DNA from: Eledone cirrhosa
Taxonomy: Eukaryota
Assembly: GCA_964016885.1 (NCBI GenBank)
Contig: OZ024740.1
Location: 281,914,001-281,978,000 of the forward strand
DNA length: 64,000 bases
Reading direction: 5' to 3'
Both the position numbers and the translations under genes were made by a program. A model generated the notes under the pieces. That model was not told where the DNA came from. It was given only the letters and a program-made list of their open reading frames with translations, and did not search any database. Below are positions 30,927 through 44,983 of the stretch, one piece after another. Numbering within the stretch: position 1 is the stretch's first letter; every line of letters starts with the position of its first letter.

Positions 30927-31110
30927 TAAGTGAATCTATTCTAGTTTTAGAATAACTCTGGTTAACTCTGTTATATGTTCATATATATGTATGTGTATGT
31001 ATACATATATATAAACATATCTCTATGATTAGCATTATTTTGTTGTGCATAACACATATATATATGAACATATAACAATCTCTGCATAAACAGACTTATC
31101 AACTGTTTAA

Positions 31111-31651
31111 CCCTTTAGCATTTACATTACTCTATATATATATACTACTGTATTTTCACAGTAAAGGCTTTAACTCATCATCATTTTCATCATCATTTCA
31201 TTTTACGTCCGCTTTTTCCCTGCTTGCAAGGGTGGGACGGGAACTGATTTTGGCTTGATTTATATCTAATACCAACCTCATTTACAGTGAGTGCTGGGTG
31301 CTTTTTTGCCGTGGCACCTCCACGACCACTTTGCAGTGGAATGATATGGACCCCAGTCCCTATCATCTCATTTCTACAGCTGAGTAAACTGGAGCAATGT
31401 GAAATAAAGTGTCTTGCTCAAGGAAACAACACATCATCCGGTCTGAGAATTGAACTCACAACCTTTCGATTGCAAGGCCAATGCTCTAACCACTAAGCCA
31501 TGTACCTCATACAATATTGAATCTATGAAATTTTGATATTATTTATTTTGAAAATACCTTCATATCAGTATGAGTGGCCAGTTATGGCTGATTTGAACAG
31601 AAAGAGGTGAGAGAATTCTGGCCAGATACAGCTGGTTTAAATGCTAAAGAG
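31111..31651. mobile_element. piggyBac-like MITE interrupted by a family-A SINE (~31176-31509, minus strand)
   Basis: TTAA/CCCTTTAGCATTTA ends; the halves match 4356-4544. Confidence 0.85.
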
Positions 31652-31809
31652 TTAAACAATTTATATGTCTTGCATTCTAGCTTTGTCATGCCTCCATTTG
31701 ATCAAGGGATATACTGTACAATTTGTCTCACAATAGTTAGCTTGTGTTCTGTAGTGTGACAGTTAAATTTACTTCATCCATATGACTATCCATTTTGTTC
31801 ATATATAGT

Positions 31810-32940
31810 TGAAAGCTCAAGTAGGGGCTAAAAGAGAAATATGCAAAGTGGATTCAAGGTACAGGTAAAAGTTCATCAGGGTTCAGCTCTTAGCCCACTA
31901 CTGTTCACATAGTTCTCCAGGCCATAACAGGAGTTTAAGACTGGTTGTCCATGGGAACTTCTTTATGCGGATGATGTGGTCCTTGTCGCTGAATCCCTAA
32001 AAGAACTTGCATATAAGTTCCAGTTATGGAAACAGAATTTGGAATCAAAAGGTCTGAGAGTAAACCTAGCCAAGACTAAAGTGCTCATAAGTAGGATAGA
32101 AGATATGATCCTGATTCTTTCAGGGAGGTGGCCCTGCTCAATATATAGAAAAAAAAGTAGGCATAAACTCTATATGATGTACACAATGTAAATCTTGGAT
32201 ACACAAGAGATATAGTGGAATATCAGGTAAACTTATAGGAAGAGATTTTGTATGTAAAAGATGCACAGGGGTAATCAAAGGAAAGAGTGTCAGTGATACA
32301 AACCTTTTCCAATCACTTGAAGTATCTATAGAAGTGGTTGATTGTTTCTGTTATCTAGGTGACCTAATTAGCAGCAGAGGATGGTGCTCTGAGACCGTAA
32401 TAGCTAGAATAAGGATTCAATGGAAGAAGTTTAGAGAGCTACTCCCACTATTGACAATAAAAGGTTTCTCCCTACGTACAAAAGAATGACTGTATGACGC
32501 CTGTGTGTGAAGTGTGATGCTGGATAGTAGTGAAACATGGGCAGTGACTGCGGAGGAGATGTGTAGGCTGGAGAGAAATGAAGCAGCCATGCTTCGTTGG
32601 ATGTGCAATGTAAATGTGAGAGAAAGGCAGAGCTTGGATGAACTGAGTGTGAAATTGGGTTTAAGAGTAAATCGAAGTGGTGTGCAAGAGAGAAGACTGA
32701 GACTGTGTTGCACACCACTTCGGTTTATTCTGTGTTGGTACGGACATATGATGCGCATGGGTGAAGAAGTGCCAGGAAATGCCAGTGGAAGAAGTCGCAG
32801 TAGAGGTAGACCTAGGCAGATATGGTGAGAGATGATCTCAAATCACTGGGATTCACAGAGCAAATGACAAAGGAACACAGTGAGTGGAGAGATGCTGTGT
32901 AAGCGTGGAAGATCAAACGTAAAAACAAGGATGATGATAA
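31810..32940 (+). mobile_element. Degenerate 3' portion of an RTE LINE
   Basis: GCPWELLYADD, SETWA, RLERNEA.MLRWMC, WYGH; many stops and frameshifts. Confidence 0.88.
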
Positions 32941-33079
32941 TGAGCTTAGTGAGTACAATCTCAATTCATTGAGTACACGAAGGTGGTGTTGGCAACCTAG
33001 CACAGAATTTGAGCTTTGTGTGAGGTAATTAATTTGTGAGTGTGCTCATGTGTACTTGGTATCTGCCTTTATAATTTGT

Positions 33080-33310
33080 TGTTTCCTTGAGCAAGACACT
33101 TTATTTCACATTGCTCCAGTTTACTCAGCTGTAGAAATGAGATGTGGTCGTGGAGGTAAAGTGGACGTGTAGGTGCCATGGAAAAAAAGCACCCAGCACT
33201 CACTGTAAATGAGGTTGGTGTTAGGAAGGGCATCCAGCTGTAGAAATCAAGCCAGAATCAGTGTCCGTCCCACCCTTACAAGCAGGAAAAAGTGGATGTA
33301 AAATGATGAG
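33080..33310 (+). mobile_element. 5'-truncated family-A SINE
   Basis: ccttgagcaagacactttatttcac core and ggatgtaaaatgatga tail. Confidence 0.8.
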
Positions 33311-34339
33311 AGAGAGAAAATAATTATGGAGAGGAAATAATTATACTGGCCATTAGGGGAAAGGGCGGTAGTTATTTTCAGGCTGAAGGCCTCGCCCAAA
33401 TCCTTGCAATAAAGTTCTATGCTAAAGGCATAGTACCTTGTTGCAAGGTACTTATTTCAGTCTGGTATTTACTGTATTAATATCTGTAATTAGTAGGTTA
33501 CAAGACATATAAGGACACAACATAAATAATGTAAATATAAAAAATACGTACACACACATATATATATATGTGATTTCTGCACAGCTTCTTTCTATCAAAT
33601 TCCTCTCATAAAATATTGGTCAGCTTGATGATATAGTAGAAGACATTTGCTTAAAGTACCATGCAGTAGGATCAAACCTGAGATTTTTGTCCATATAGTG
33701 AAGCAAAAGTTTTAATCACACACCCATGCCTTCACCTGAATATCATCATTTTATCGGTTTTCTATGTATAACTGAGACATTTGAGGTAAGGGACCCAAAT
33801 GTAACCTCCATCACTATTACCATTTTAATGTTCATTTTACATGCTTCCATATGTGGAAGCATATGCTTTTTGGCTATTCCATAAACATATGATAATCATG
33901 ATTGTTCTTTTGAAACAAATTGCAGGAACATGAGGAAAGAATTTAGTACAAAAGTAAATCACCATCATCTTCAATTTACATTCGCTTTCTACACACTTTA
34001 GATCTATTTAGGTCTCATTCTGCTTCAGTGCAGTCAGATTTTTATATATAATCAATATCCAGAATAAATCACTTGCAGGAATTGATTTGGAAATTTTTGG
34101 TACAAAGAAAAATATAGAGAATTAAAAATTTTTTTTTGTTTTAAGAACTTGCATTGTTCTAAAATAATTATGGTACTCATCATTATTATTGTTTAACAGC
34201 CACTTTCTACGCTAGTATGGGTTAAATGGGTTGTCCCATTTGAGGGAAATTGGGTCAGGTTACTGTGTCTAGCTCATATGGAACTGTTTCTGGCTAGATT
34301 TCTACAACTGGATGCCGTTCCTAACACCAACCACATTTA

Positions 34340-35016
34340 GTGTGTGCTGGGTGCTTTTTTGTCGTGTCACCTACATGACCACTTTACAGTGTGTACTGGG
34401 TGCTTTTTGTCGTGACTCCTACACAACCACTTTACAGTGTGTGCTGGGTGCTTTTTGTCGTGACTCCTACACAACCACTTTACAGTGTGTGCTGGGTGCT
34501 TTTTGTCGTGACTCCTACACAACCACTTTACAGTGTGTGCTGGGTGCTTTTTTGGCGTGACTCCTACACAACCACTTTACAGTGTGTGGTGTGTGCTTTT
34601 TTGTCGTGTCACCTACATAACCACTTTACAGTGTGGGCTGGGTGCTTTTTGTTGTGACTTCTACACAACCACTTTACAGTGTGTGCTGGGTGCTTTTTGT
34701 TGTGACTTCTACACAACCACTTTACAGTGTGTGCTGGGTGCTTTTTGTCGTGACTCCTACACAACCACTTTACAGTGTGTGCTGGGTGCTTTTTGTCGTG
34801 ACTCCTACACAACCACTTTACAGTGTGTGCTGGGTGCTTTTTTGGCGTGACTCCTACACAACCACTTTACAGTGTGTGGTGTGTGCTTTTTTGTCGTGTC
34901 ACCTACACAACCACTTTACAGTGTGGGCTGGGTGCTTTTTGTTGTGACTTCTACACAATCACTTTACAGTGTGGGCTGGGTGCTTTTTGTCGTGTCACCT
35001 ACACGACCACCTTACA
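34340..35016. repeat. 48-bp minisatellite, ~14 copies, inside an RTE-tail/SINE element (34177-35017, minus strand)
   Basis: unit cagtgtgtgctgggtgctttttgtcgtgactcctacacaaccacttta; no spacers. Confidence 0.95.
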
Positions 35017-36159
35017 ATGATCTAATTAATGGTATTATAACCATTAATTAGGTCATTGGAACTTTATAACCTATAATACTATTCTTCATAGTGATAAATA
35101 AAACCATTGAGAGAACATTTCTATACACAATCAAAGGATTGTGATTTCTATTTGGTTGTGTTTTATTCACTTATCATCATTTAACATCCACTTTCTCTCC
35201 TAGCAAGGGTTGGATGGGTCTTCATAGACCAAAGCAGGTACATTGACCTCCCAGACAGGTTGGGAGCTTGCATCTTGTTTACATATGGTCCCATACTCTA
35301 CTGAGTGCATTTTATCGTGTCACCAGCACTAGGGTGGTTGTCATGTTTTTGACACAACTGAAGGGGCCTCCCAACCCTTTCTTTGGTAAGCTTTCTAGAA
35401 CAAAATCAAAAATAATTTCAAGTGATAGTGTTACTGCCAGAACTAAACCACCCAAGCCACCCCTGTAAGATGGTAGTGCTGGACTCGCGATAAAATGTTC
35501 CTAGTACATACTGTAAAGTGGTTGGCATTAAGATGGGCATCCAGCCATAGAATGTTTGAGTAAGTCACAGTCACCTGACTAATCTAGCCTCAGAATTTGA
35601 CAACCTGTCTAAACCATGCAAGCATGGAAATTTGACATTAAATGGTGGTGATGATAATAATGTACAGCAGTGGTTCCCAAACTTTTTTTACTCACAAATA
35701 TGCTGGCACATTTTGTCTCATAAATTCGAAAATTTATAGTAAAGAGTTTTTCATACATATTAGCATAACATAGTCTGGTAAATGAGCAAGGCCTAGACTC
35801 TTTTCAAAGTAGTACAGATTCTTATGAAATTTAAAAACACAAAATTCAATAACACATCTAACATAATTAGCTAAAATAAACTGAACTCACAAACCACCTT
35901 TCATTCTTAACAAAGTTGACAGATTGTGCTATTTTTCACTAATCTTTTTTTTTTTACTAAACGTTACTTCACTGCCACTTTGACATCTATGAACTTTCAT
36001 ACGGATTTCAGTTTGTATTTTTCACATCTTAAAACACATCAGTACACCATGACACACAGTACACCATGACACACTGATGTATAGAACTAATGAGCTCACA
36101 TTCTGTAGGGTGTATTACATAATGTTTTTTTGTGTGTGTACATTAAGTATGCAAGTTAC

Positions 36160-36500
36160 ACCCAGGTCGCTCACCGACAGGTTTGCATTCGAGCCTGTGG
36201 CAGTGGAGACTTCTGGTGTCCTTGGCCCTAGAGCCACCTCCCTGATGACCACCATTGGCACTAAGTTGGCTACCGGCAGGTGTGAACCTTGCAAGCTGGA
36301 ACGGCTCTTCCAGCGCGTTTCCCGCACCATCCTCCGGAGAAACGCCTTCTCCTTTCTGTCTGCCTGGGCCGCAGGGCAGTCAGTGTATGGGCCCCCATTT
36401 GCTCATAATAGTGAGAGATGGAGAGAGCAAGAGAGACAGTGACAGTGGGAGTTTGGTTCTTTTGTGTTCAGACCTTGTGTATGTGTATATACACACACTC
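36160..36500 (+). mobile_element. 3' end of CRE-like non-LTR retrotransposon (restriction-like endonuclease C-terminus)
   Basis: FEPVAVETSGVLG...LFQRVS..ILR.NAFS motif; same end at 59.8-60.0 kb. Confidence 0.75.
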
Positions 36501-39500
36501 ATGTACATTGAACATTCGATTATTTACGTTAAAAATAAATTTTTCCTCTTTTTTTTTTTAAATTATACTTTAAGGCATTTGTTTCTTCTGGATATTAACT
36601 GGTATAATCTGGTTGACTGAAGCTGAATGTTTTATGGCAACTTTTTCAATGTGAAATACTCATGTTTTTAACATACACACAGATTTTTCCATTAAAAATG
36701 TCTAAAAATAACTTCTTATTTTGTTACTAGTCTTATATATTTTGTTTAGAATAATAAGCTATAATGGAGTCTGCTTAAGTACATACCATCAGTGTAGGCA
36801 GTAAATTATGAAATTTCAATCCACTGTTAGTAGTAAGGCATTGTGGATGTATGAATTACTGTATATTCTTGAATATGTACTGATACAAATATGCCGACCC
36901 CACTAATTTATGACTGAGAAATGGGCAAAAATCCAAACCTTATTTATGTAGAATTTAAAGTTGGTGAAAATCAAAATGTTGACTCCAAATATAAGCCTTT
37001 TGACATGGGGTTTGGACAAGAATTTTTTGAAAACCTATAGTTTTATTTTAAGTATGGCATATATAAGCTGTTAATGTTAATGAAATTGCTATGCTGCAGG
37101 TCATATTGTTTGTTGGGGACATAAACCATGCCACTTCTTGTGTTTTTTTTTTTTCCTAGAAATAATGTCAATATATTTCTTTGGTAATTGGCATACACAC
37201 ACATACACACACACACAAAGATACAACTGGTTTCTTACAGTTTCTGTCTACCAAATTCACCCACAAGTCCTTGGTTGACCCAAGGCAAGAGTAGAAGACA
37301 CTCACCCAAGATGTTATGCTGTGGGATTGAACCTGAAACAATATGATTTTGAAGTGAACCTCTTGACTTCACAAACATGTTTGTGCCTGTAATTATATAA
37401 TTAAAGCCTTGTTTTCAGTGTGACTAATTTGAGAAAAGACCCACCCCCATTTATTAAAATTATCTATTCTTTTATTCTTTTACTGGTTTCAATTCATTAG
37501 ACTGTACTGTAGCATACACATGCATACACATACTTGCAACTTCCCACACATGCACACACAAATGCCTTTTCATTGAGTATATAATGAGCATGTGTTTGAA
37601 AAATAGTAGTGGGTGCTATCTTGTTTGGTGTCAGAGGAAAGTAAGACATAGTAAGATTTGATGATTCAATTTTCGTAGTGATCATGTATTTGTTAGATAG
37701 ATATTTCTGGAATGTTTTTCTTAGATTGAGGAAGTAATTATATCATATTTTTCAAAGGCTGTCTAGTATTTGTACAATCTTTCTGTTTTATTATTTAGAA
37801 TTAACAGAGTCCACTCTTACTCATGAGAGCTCACATGTTGAGTAATTATTTATATACTGTTTTACTTCCCACATCAAGTTCGAGGTAAACTCCTTCCCTA
37901 ACCCTTTTGATACTAAACTGCCTGAAGCTCCCCCTGTTTTTATTACACATAACTGTTTGCATTGGTTAATAAAGAAAACATTAATCTAAAAACTTATTAT
38001 CATCATAGGAACTAACTTAATTCTATACGATTCTCATCAAATTGCTCTCAAACCTACATATCAGACAGTTCAACTTTTTGATTTTCTGACTGTTTAATTG
38101 TATTTTATTTCAGTGTACCTAGAAACTGACCTAATTATTTAAAACTTTAAAACCTATTCCATATGGAAAACTATCAATTACATTTTCTTTCATCGACTAT
38201 TATCAGGCTATTATATTTTAGGTAAAATATTTTGCCTGTAACTGTATGGTGTATTATTTTATCTGGGGTTTCAGTTGTATGATGTCATGTGTTTTTGTAA
38301 TACATATCTCTGTTACATTTTTTATTTATTTGCTCACTCAGTTTTAATCTCTTGTAATTTGTCTTTTGTAGTATTGTATATAAAAATAAGTCATCAGAAA
38401 TAATTCATGTTCATTTTACCAATTAACTTCTGCATATAACTATTCATATCAGTTTTCATATTTTAAAGCTTTATATGTATTAACCATGCGAGTTTGTTGT
38501 ATTGTATTACTGTTATGTTATAATTCAAATTAATGATAAATGATTCTTAAAAACCATTAAATTACTTAATTTTTAGGAAATATTTGGAATGCTGAACATG
38601 AGATAATCAAATTTGCATTGTCTCAATTTTAAAATTAGTAAAATTTGTACTTTGCACTGTTTGGCCATTACAATAAAAGATTATTATGAGAAAATGCCTG
38701 TGTTTCAAATAATTGTTTCTACATTTGGCACAAGGCCAGCAATTTGAAGAGAAGGGGAAAGTCGACTTAAATTGACCCCAGTGCGTTACTGGTACTTTAT
38801 TTTATCGGCCCCATAAGGATGAAAGGCAAACTAACCTCGGCTTTGTCTGTGTTCCAAATAATAGTTTTCTGCAATATTCTATTATTTAGTACGTTTCTCT
38901 CGTGTTGATGCCATGATAAAATACACTCAGTACACTCTGTAAAGCAGTTGGTGATAAGAAAGGGATCGAGTCATAGAAAACTTGGGCAAGAGGACTCTTT
39001 AGCTGTGTCAAAGACATGGCTTCATCTCTAGTGCTGGTGCCATGTTAAAATGAACTCAGTACACTCCGTAGAGTGTGGGATCATATGAGATGCAGCTCTC
39101 TCCTTCCCCCACCTGTCTGAGGGCTCAGTGGCTCCAACTAAGTACTAATTTAGCTTGTGACAACACATCCAACCCTTGCTAGCTGGGTAAAGGAACATTA
39201 AATGTCGATCTATCTTGTTTACCTAATTAATGTACTTTAAACTTTTCTTCTTTATAGTTTATCTACTTAATGCTTTTCATATATATTCATAATGCTTCCA
39301 CTGTCATAAAATATATTCCTGCATATGTGATGAAATTACTACATACCAGTTAAACTCCACAAATGAATACAAATTATTTTATCAGCATTATAATTTTACA
39401 TCCACTTCCCATGCTGACATAGGATGGACAAATTGTTATGGTTAAAGTCAATTCTTATTTGAGTCACTGACCTCTTAGATGTATTAGGAGACCATGTCAT

Positions 39501-39710
39501 GCTTGTGCATTCCAGATTTTGGTGTCTTTATTGGAGTCAATCTATTGCCAATATTCAGGCTAAGTACTCAGTCTAAGAGAATTTTTCTTACCCCTTCCCA
39601 CCAATCTGACCAAACAGTAGAAAAAATGTTATTGCTATTATGCTATTCATAATATTAATTATCATTTTATTTAACATTTCTTTTACATGATAAAAATAAT
39701 TCTTTTGTAG

Positions 39711-39817
39711 ATGTAAACATTACTTTTGTGAGAAGTGTGCATTAGCACGTTATAAGAAATCTCAACGTTGTTTTGTATGCAGCGAACAGACAAATGGTGT
39801 GTTTAATCCTGCAAAAG
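39711..39817 (+). CDS. RNF113A: RNF113A exon, [35 protein letters not shown] (C3HC4 RING)
   Basis: ttgtag acceptor, gtatgg donor; completes the RING ligands. Confidence 0.97.
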
Positions 39818-40199
39818 GTATGGCTCTTGTTTTTCCTTGTTTTCTTTAATTTCAGAGCAGAGAAAAATTTAAGCTATGGTACTTTTTAAAAGAAAGTTTA
39901 ACACAGGTTGCATATTTCATTTGAAATACAGTAACAAAACAGTTAAGTTATTTCTGTTAAGATTTTCTCTTTTATTTTTTTACTTTTTCCATTCAATAAT
40001 TAACAGATCCAAATTTACTAAATAATATTTTTTTTATTGTTAACATTTAGTATTACAATATATCAAAGACACTGAATCAAATTTGAAGCAATTTTATTGA
40101 GTCAAAATTTCATATTAAATTGTATATATTTACAAACAGGAAGAGAGAAAAAATAGAAGGTGAAGGGAAGGGGGCAAACTCTATGCCCTTAAGTAGATG

Positions 40200-41100
40200 G
40201 TACATCTCAGCTGCATCCTGCTGACAAAATGATGAAAGTATTGCCATAGAGAGCAAGCAGTGGTTCTTGTTGCATCAGCTGTTTCACCTCATAGAACTTC
40301 TTCCTCAGGGAAGATGTCCTCTTCCCAATTTTGCAGAGGAAAACATCAGTCCTGGGACTGTAGATGCTGGTGGTTTCAATGGCAGTCAACACAAAAAGGA
40401 AATTGTTAGTCAAAGCCTGGTATTTAGTTATTTTCCACTCATCTGCATTACGGACAACAGTGTTCTGGTTTGTAACAAAAACAATGAGGTTTTTACCAGA
40501 GAACATGTTGCAACATGTGTCATCCCAGATTAGTGACAGCCTGTTTCTCCTTTGAGGATGGTACCCTGTCAGGGCGCCTATTATCACTGCAGTTGTCTCT
40601 GACAGGTTCCAAATATGATAAGAAACCAATCTCATCAAGGCTCATTCTGAATATGCTGTTCAAGATGACAAGCTGGGAGAACCGACCTGCACTGTGGCAA
40701 CAAGAGAGCAGATTTAGTCCAAACTCATAGACTTCACAAAAACATTTGTATGGCTTTACACATATGGCGGCCAAGGTGTAGAGCTACATTGATGTTCGTG
40801 CACTCTTCATTAAGAATGCACCGAATTGAACAATTAACTGCTGTTTGACTGTGAAATCTGAAGTTTATTTTAGGAAAGACTGAGTGGAGTGATTGCTGTG
40901 AAGTAGTAAGGTAGACACAGTGTGGATGATAAGTGGAGGAGTGAGTTGGCTGGAGGTGGCATGAAATTAGCCAGCTCCCAATATGGTAGTGGTAGAAAGA
41001 CAGAGTAGGCAGACAGCATGTCTAATTTCTGTCAACTGGATATCAAAAGCAATCTCTTCAGCTCTAGGAGCATTAAATTAACATAGGCTTCTGTTGATGC
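40200..41100 (-). mobile_element. Degenerate CRE-like non-LTR retrotransposon
   Basis: LEP...RRPD, LIWD.TC, F...AIET motifs across frames. Confidence 0.68.
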
Positions 41101-41579
41101 TGCTTTGATTTGGGAAAGTATTTTGATGCTTCATCTCAGCTCAACCACTGTGCCAAACACCATCAGTTGTATAAAATCCAATCATTTTACAATGCAATCA
41201 AGAATGAATAATTTTTCTTACATAAAAGAAGTGCAGAACAGGCTTCAAAACAGTGACATTTTGTTTTGTTCAGTTTGTGTGGCACCAATTTGTCAATCTT
41301 TTAAAACCTTTCAATGAGGTGCTAATGCTGAACAACTGTTGAATGGTCAACATTTAAAACTTCTGCAACCTCTTGAATTAATTTGTACAGATCTGTTTTA
41401 GTAATGGCCTTCAATCAGTGATTGTCAATTGCAGAAAGTCATTTGTAACCTTCCTCATTCACAATGTGCTCATCTTCTCTATACCATTTTTTTGGAGCCA
41501 TTGTGACCTATACATTTGTTGATGGTTCTTATAGCCAAATATTTGATTGATAATCTGAGCAGATATTACTGCATTTAAG

Positions 41580-41995
41580 CTTTTCTTTTCTTCACCCACT
41601 TATTCCTGAGAGGGTCGTGGGTGCAGAGTCCTCAAATACTCCCTCTAACAGGTCTTGTCAGAAGCAGTCGTCTCCAACTGATCTGGCTGGATACCCAAGC
41701 GTGACCAACCAAGCTCATGGATGTTAACCAACCATCTTGCTCGGGGTCTACCACTGGGTTTCCTACCTGTTGGTTTTGTCCATAAAATTTGTCCAGCGAT
41801 TCTTTCCTGAGACATTCTAACCACATTCCCATAGTATCAGAGCTGTGATCTCTCAATTCGGAGATTTAGTGGCTCTACCTGGAGTGAGTCTCTGATCTCC
41901 GAGCTACGCACTCTATGCAATAACGTTACTCCAAAGACCCTTCGGAGGAACCCCATCAATACGCTTGTATTCGCTATCGTATTCTTTCGGTCATC
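41580..41995 (-). mobile_element. RTE-type LINE 3' fragment (second family)
   Basis: Homologous to 55240-55620. Confidence 0.7.
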
Positions 41996-42807
41996 TAAAC
42001 TCTTACAATAAAATTGCTCAAATTTGCTTTTGTTTCCATCTTGTATTTGGCACCCTAAAATAAAAAAAGTGTAAGCAGTAAATGCAAAACCATTAGCATA
42101 AAATCAATGCATTGAAAGTTGCACTTTAAACAGTTAAATAAAGTATACATCAAAGTTGCACTTTAAACATAGTTAAATAAAGTATACATCAAAGTTTAAA
42201 ATAACAAAAACTGCAATTATTTTTGCACTAACTAATATATTTCCTTATTTTAAGAGGGCCTCACACAAAACGAAAAATATATTTTTGAGGAAATAATTAT
42301 GGACGTTATAATTTTAGCAACTTTATTAAACTTTAATTACTGTTTTGAAAATTTTATTTGTTAGACATATTTCATTGCAATCCTTTCTTTTGAGATTAAG
42401 AAGAAATTGTCATTTTGAGTTAACTATCTTAAAAGAATCTCTGAGAAATAATGCCATGACAATTTAGTAGCAATTGATATGAGCATGACATTGATGATAT
42501 TAATAAACATTCACATAATTTTATACCTGTATATGTATATGTGGTGTTAGGGAGGGCTTTCACTCATAGAAACCAAATCAGAAAAGTGTTGAGAAGACTT
42601 TTCAGTCATTCTGTGAACATAACAACCTCCTTAGTCTCACGATAAAATTCCACTCAGTAAAATGGTTGACAATGAAAGGCATCCAACTATAGAAATTATG
42701 CCCAAACTGGAATGTCTGGGAGAACAGTAGCTCCGATTATGTACTGAGTGTAACAACCCATGCCAAAATGGAAAACTAGATGTAAGATGATGATGAAATG
42801 GATTTAT

Positions 42808-43520
42808 ATCATCATCATCACTGTTTAACGTCCATTTTTCCATGCTAGAATGGGTTAGACATGTTGTCCTGGTGTGAGCAATGCCAGGTCAGGTGACCAT
42901 GTCTTGCTCATACAGAACTGATTTGGGCTTAGTTTCTACAACTGGATGCCATTTCTAATGCCAGCCTCATTTACAGTGTGGACTGGGTGCTTTTTGTCAT
43001 GACACCTACATAACCACTTTATAGTGTGGGCTGGGTGCTGTTTGCTGTGTTGCCATCACAACCACTTTATAGTGCGGGCTGGGCGCTTTTTGTCCTTCGG
43101 CATCGCAACCATTTTACAGTGTGGGCTGGAGGCTTCACTGGATGTATACTTCAGCCTGTCTTCATGGGGTGGTGCATACTATATACATATGGGTGGGGTG
43201 ATGCATACTATATACATAATTCAGCTTCGGCCTGTGGCCGTGGGAAGTCGGGGGTTCTGTATTACTGCGTAACGCCATAGATCTCGGTCATGTGTCATCA
43301 TTGCCTTTGAGGGGTGCAATTTGGCAAAGTCAGCTTTTATCACCTCATCCCAAGTCTTCCTGGGTCTCTCACTCCATGGCTTCCATCGACTTTGAGTGCT
43401 CTGCAACTTTTTATACAGCTGTCATCCTTCATATGCATCATATGTCCATACCAATGCAATCGCCTCTCCTGCACACTGTATCTGATTCCTCTTATGCCTA
43501 GTTTCTCTTGTTTGTCAGTT
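42808..43520 (-). mobile_element. RTE LINE 3' fragment with 3'UTR and (GAT)n tail, abutting the last RNF113A acceptor
   Basis: RPRKTWDEVI..D...DRDLWRYAV plus the UTR seen at 10622-10870. Confidence 0.82.
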
Positions 43521-43550
43521 TGTTAAATAGTTTTATATTTTCCTTTTCAG

Positions 43551-43633
43551 AGTTGATGTGTAAATTGAGTAAACAGAAAAAAGTTGAAAGTTCAGAAGGA
43601 AGTGATAAAGAAGAAACTGAGGAAGAAAAATAA
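43551..43633 (+). CDS. RNF113A: RNF113A terminal coding exon, (E)LMCKLSKQKKVESSEGSDKEETEEEK*
   Basis: Pyrimidine tract + ttcag acceptor; phase 1 gives the expected 'NPAKEL..KL'; acidic tail; TAA at 43631-43633. Confidence 0.88.
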
Positions 43634-44199
43634 AATATATTAATTTGCAAATGTATGTGTTTTTATATTTTCTATATAACTAGCTAATTATGGCAGTTGA
43701 GTGGTAGAATCATTAAAAACATTTCACAAGTGCCTTCAAATAATTGTTCCATCTCTTTGCCTTCTGTGTTCAAATCTTACTGAGGTCACTATTGAGGAAG
43801 TTGAAATAATTGAGCCAACAGAAAGGAATGATATTTATACAACAAAATCTGAGTGAATCAGTGACTTACTGTATTTCCCGGTGTCAAAGCCGCTTTGTCC
43901 CTAATTTTGTCAACCAAAAATTTGAAAAAAAAAATAATAAACAGCCTTCAGCCTCCAGGATGCATGGTAGATTTTTTAGACTTATTTTAGGAAATAAAGT
44001 GGCGTCTTCGATTCTGAGGAATACAGTAAGTAAAATATGAGCTTGTTTCAGGTGGTCATTAAATTCTCATTTTCTGTTTGTTTCTTAAAGGAAATACTTG
44101 AAAGATCTGGTTAGTACTTTAAAGGAGTTTGTAGTGACTTTGAAAGAGCATAATTTCTTTAAAAAACATTAAAATCTGTTAATGGCTAGCATCACTTAT

Positions 44200-44705
44200 G
44201 CAGTGGTTGAGTGTGGGCGAGTAACAGCTGATGACAGATTGGACATGTATTCATGCAATCTGAATACATAATCTGTCAGATTTAGTAGGTTGCTGCAGTC
44301 GTCTAGTCAGATAATTGTAGAATTGTACCATATATAAATTTGGCTGAATTACTTTGCCTGAAAGAACACGGATCTCTCTGAGCAACTTTCAGTTGTCAGT
44401 GAATGTATACAATTACTTTATTCACTGTCAGATGATAATATATGGATTTGTTTACAACCCAACAGGCTGGTTAATTCAGTGAATAGCTTAGATTCAAATT
44501 GCCACTTTCTATTATTAGTGATGCTATTAAGTTAGACATGGCCTGGGCCAATACTGGCTGAAACCTATCAAAGTTATATCAAGAAACCCAGTGGAGAATC
44601 AATGCTTTGGTGAGTGTTTCTTCTCGGATATTGGCAAGGGGGATAACTGTAAGCCATCTGGTGAATCTATCAATGCATATAAGTAGGTATGTGTATTCTT
44701 GAAAC
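44200..44705 (-). mobile_element. Gypsy-type integrase relic
   Basis: YTYLLICIDRFTRW...IPL, QFESKLFTELTSLLG; stop codons. Confidence 0.72.
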
Positions 44706-44983
44706 AGGAAGTACTCTCGGGTCTCGAATAATTGTACCCATACCCCACTTATTAATTTTTCAGATTACCCTCCACCCCCTGCTTATTAAATTTTGCGTAA
44801 TTTTATTTTAAGTGGTAGCATTCCTGCAACAATTTTCTTTATACCTTAAACACATTATAAACATCCAAGATGTTAACTGTGATTAGTTTGTGATCTTATT
44901 TTTAGAATTTGTCAAATTTAAATATCTAATCTAAGGGAAGTAACATACCCCAAAATATTACAATGTCATGTCCCCTTGCACTA

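Noticed and set aside
34340-35016. Possible CRISPR-like array
   Set aside because: Contiguous units with no unique spacers, derived from a SINE/RTE UTR; eukaryotic context.
42750-42860. Tail-to-tail inverted RTE/SINE ends
   Set aside because: The arms are substantially diverged, consistent with independent insertions at (GAT/ATC)n.
43629-43999. RNF113A poly(A) signal (AATAAA overlapping the stop or near 43994)
   Set aside because: AATAAA is common in this AT-rich DNA and cannot be assigned without transcript data.
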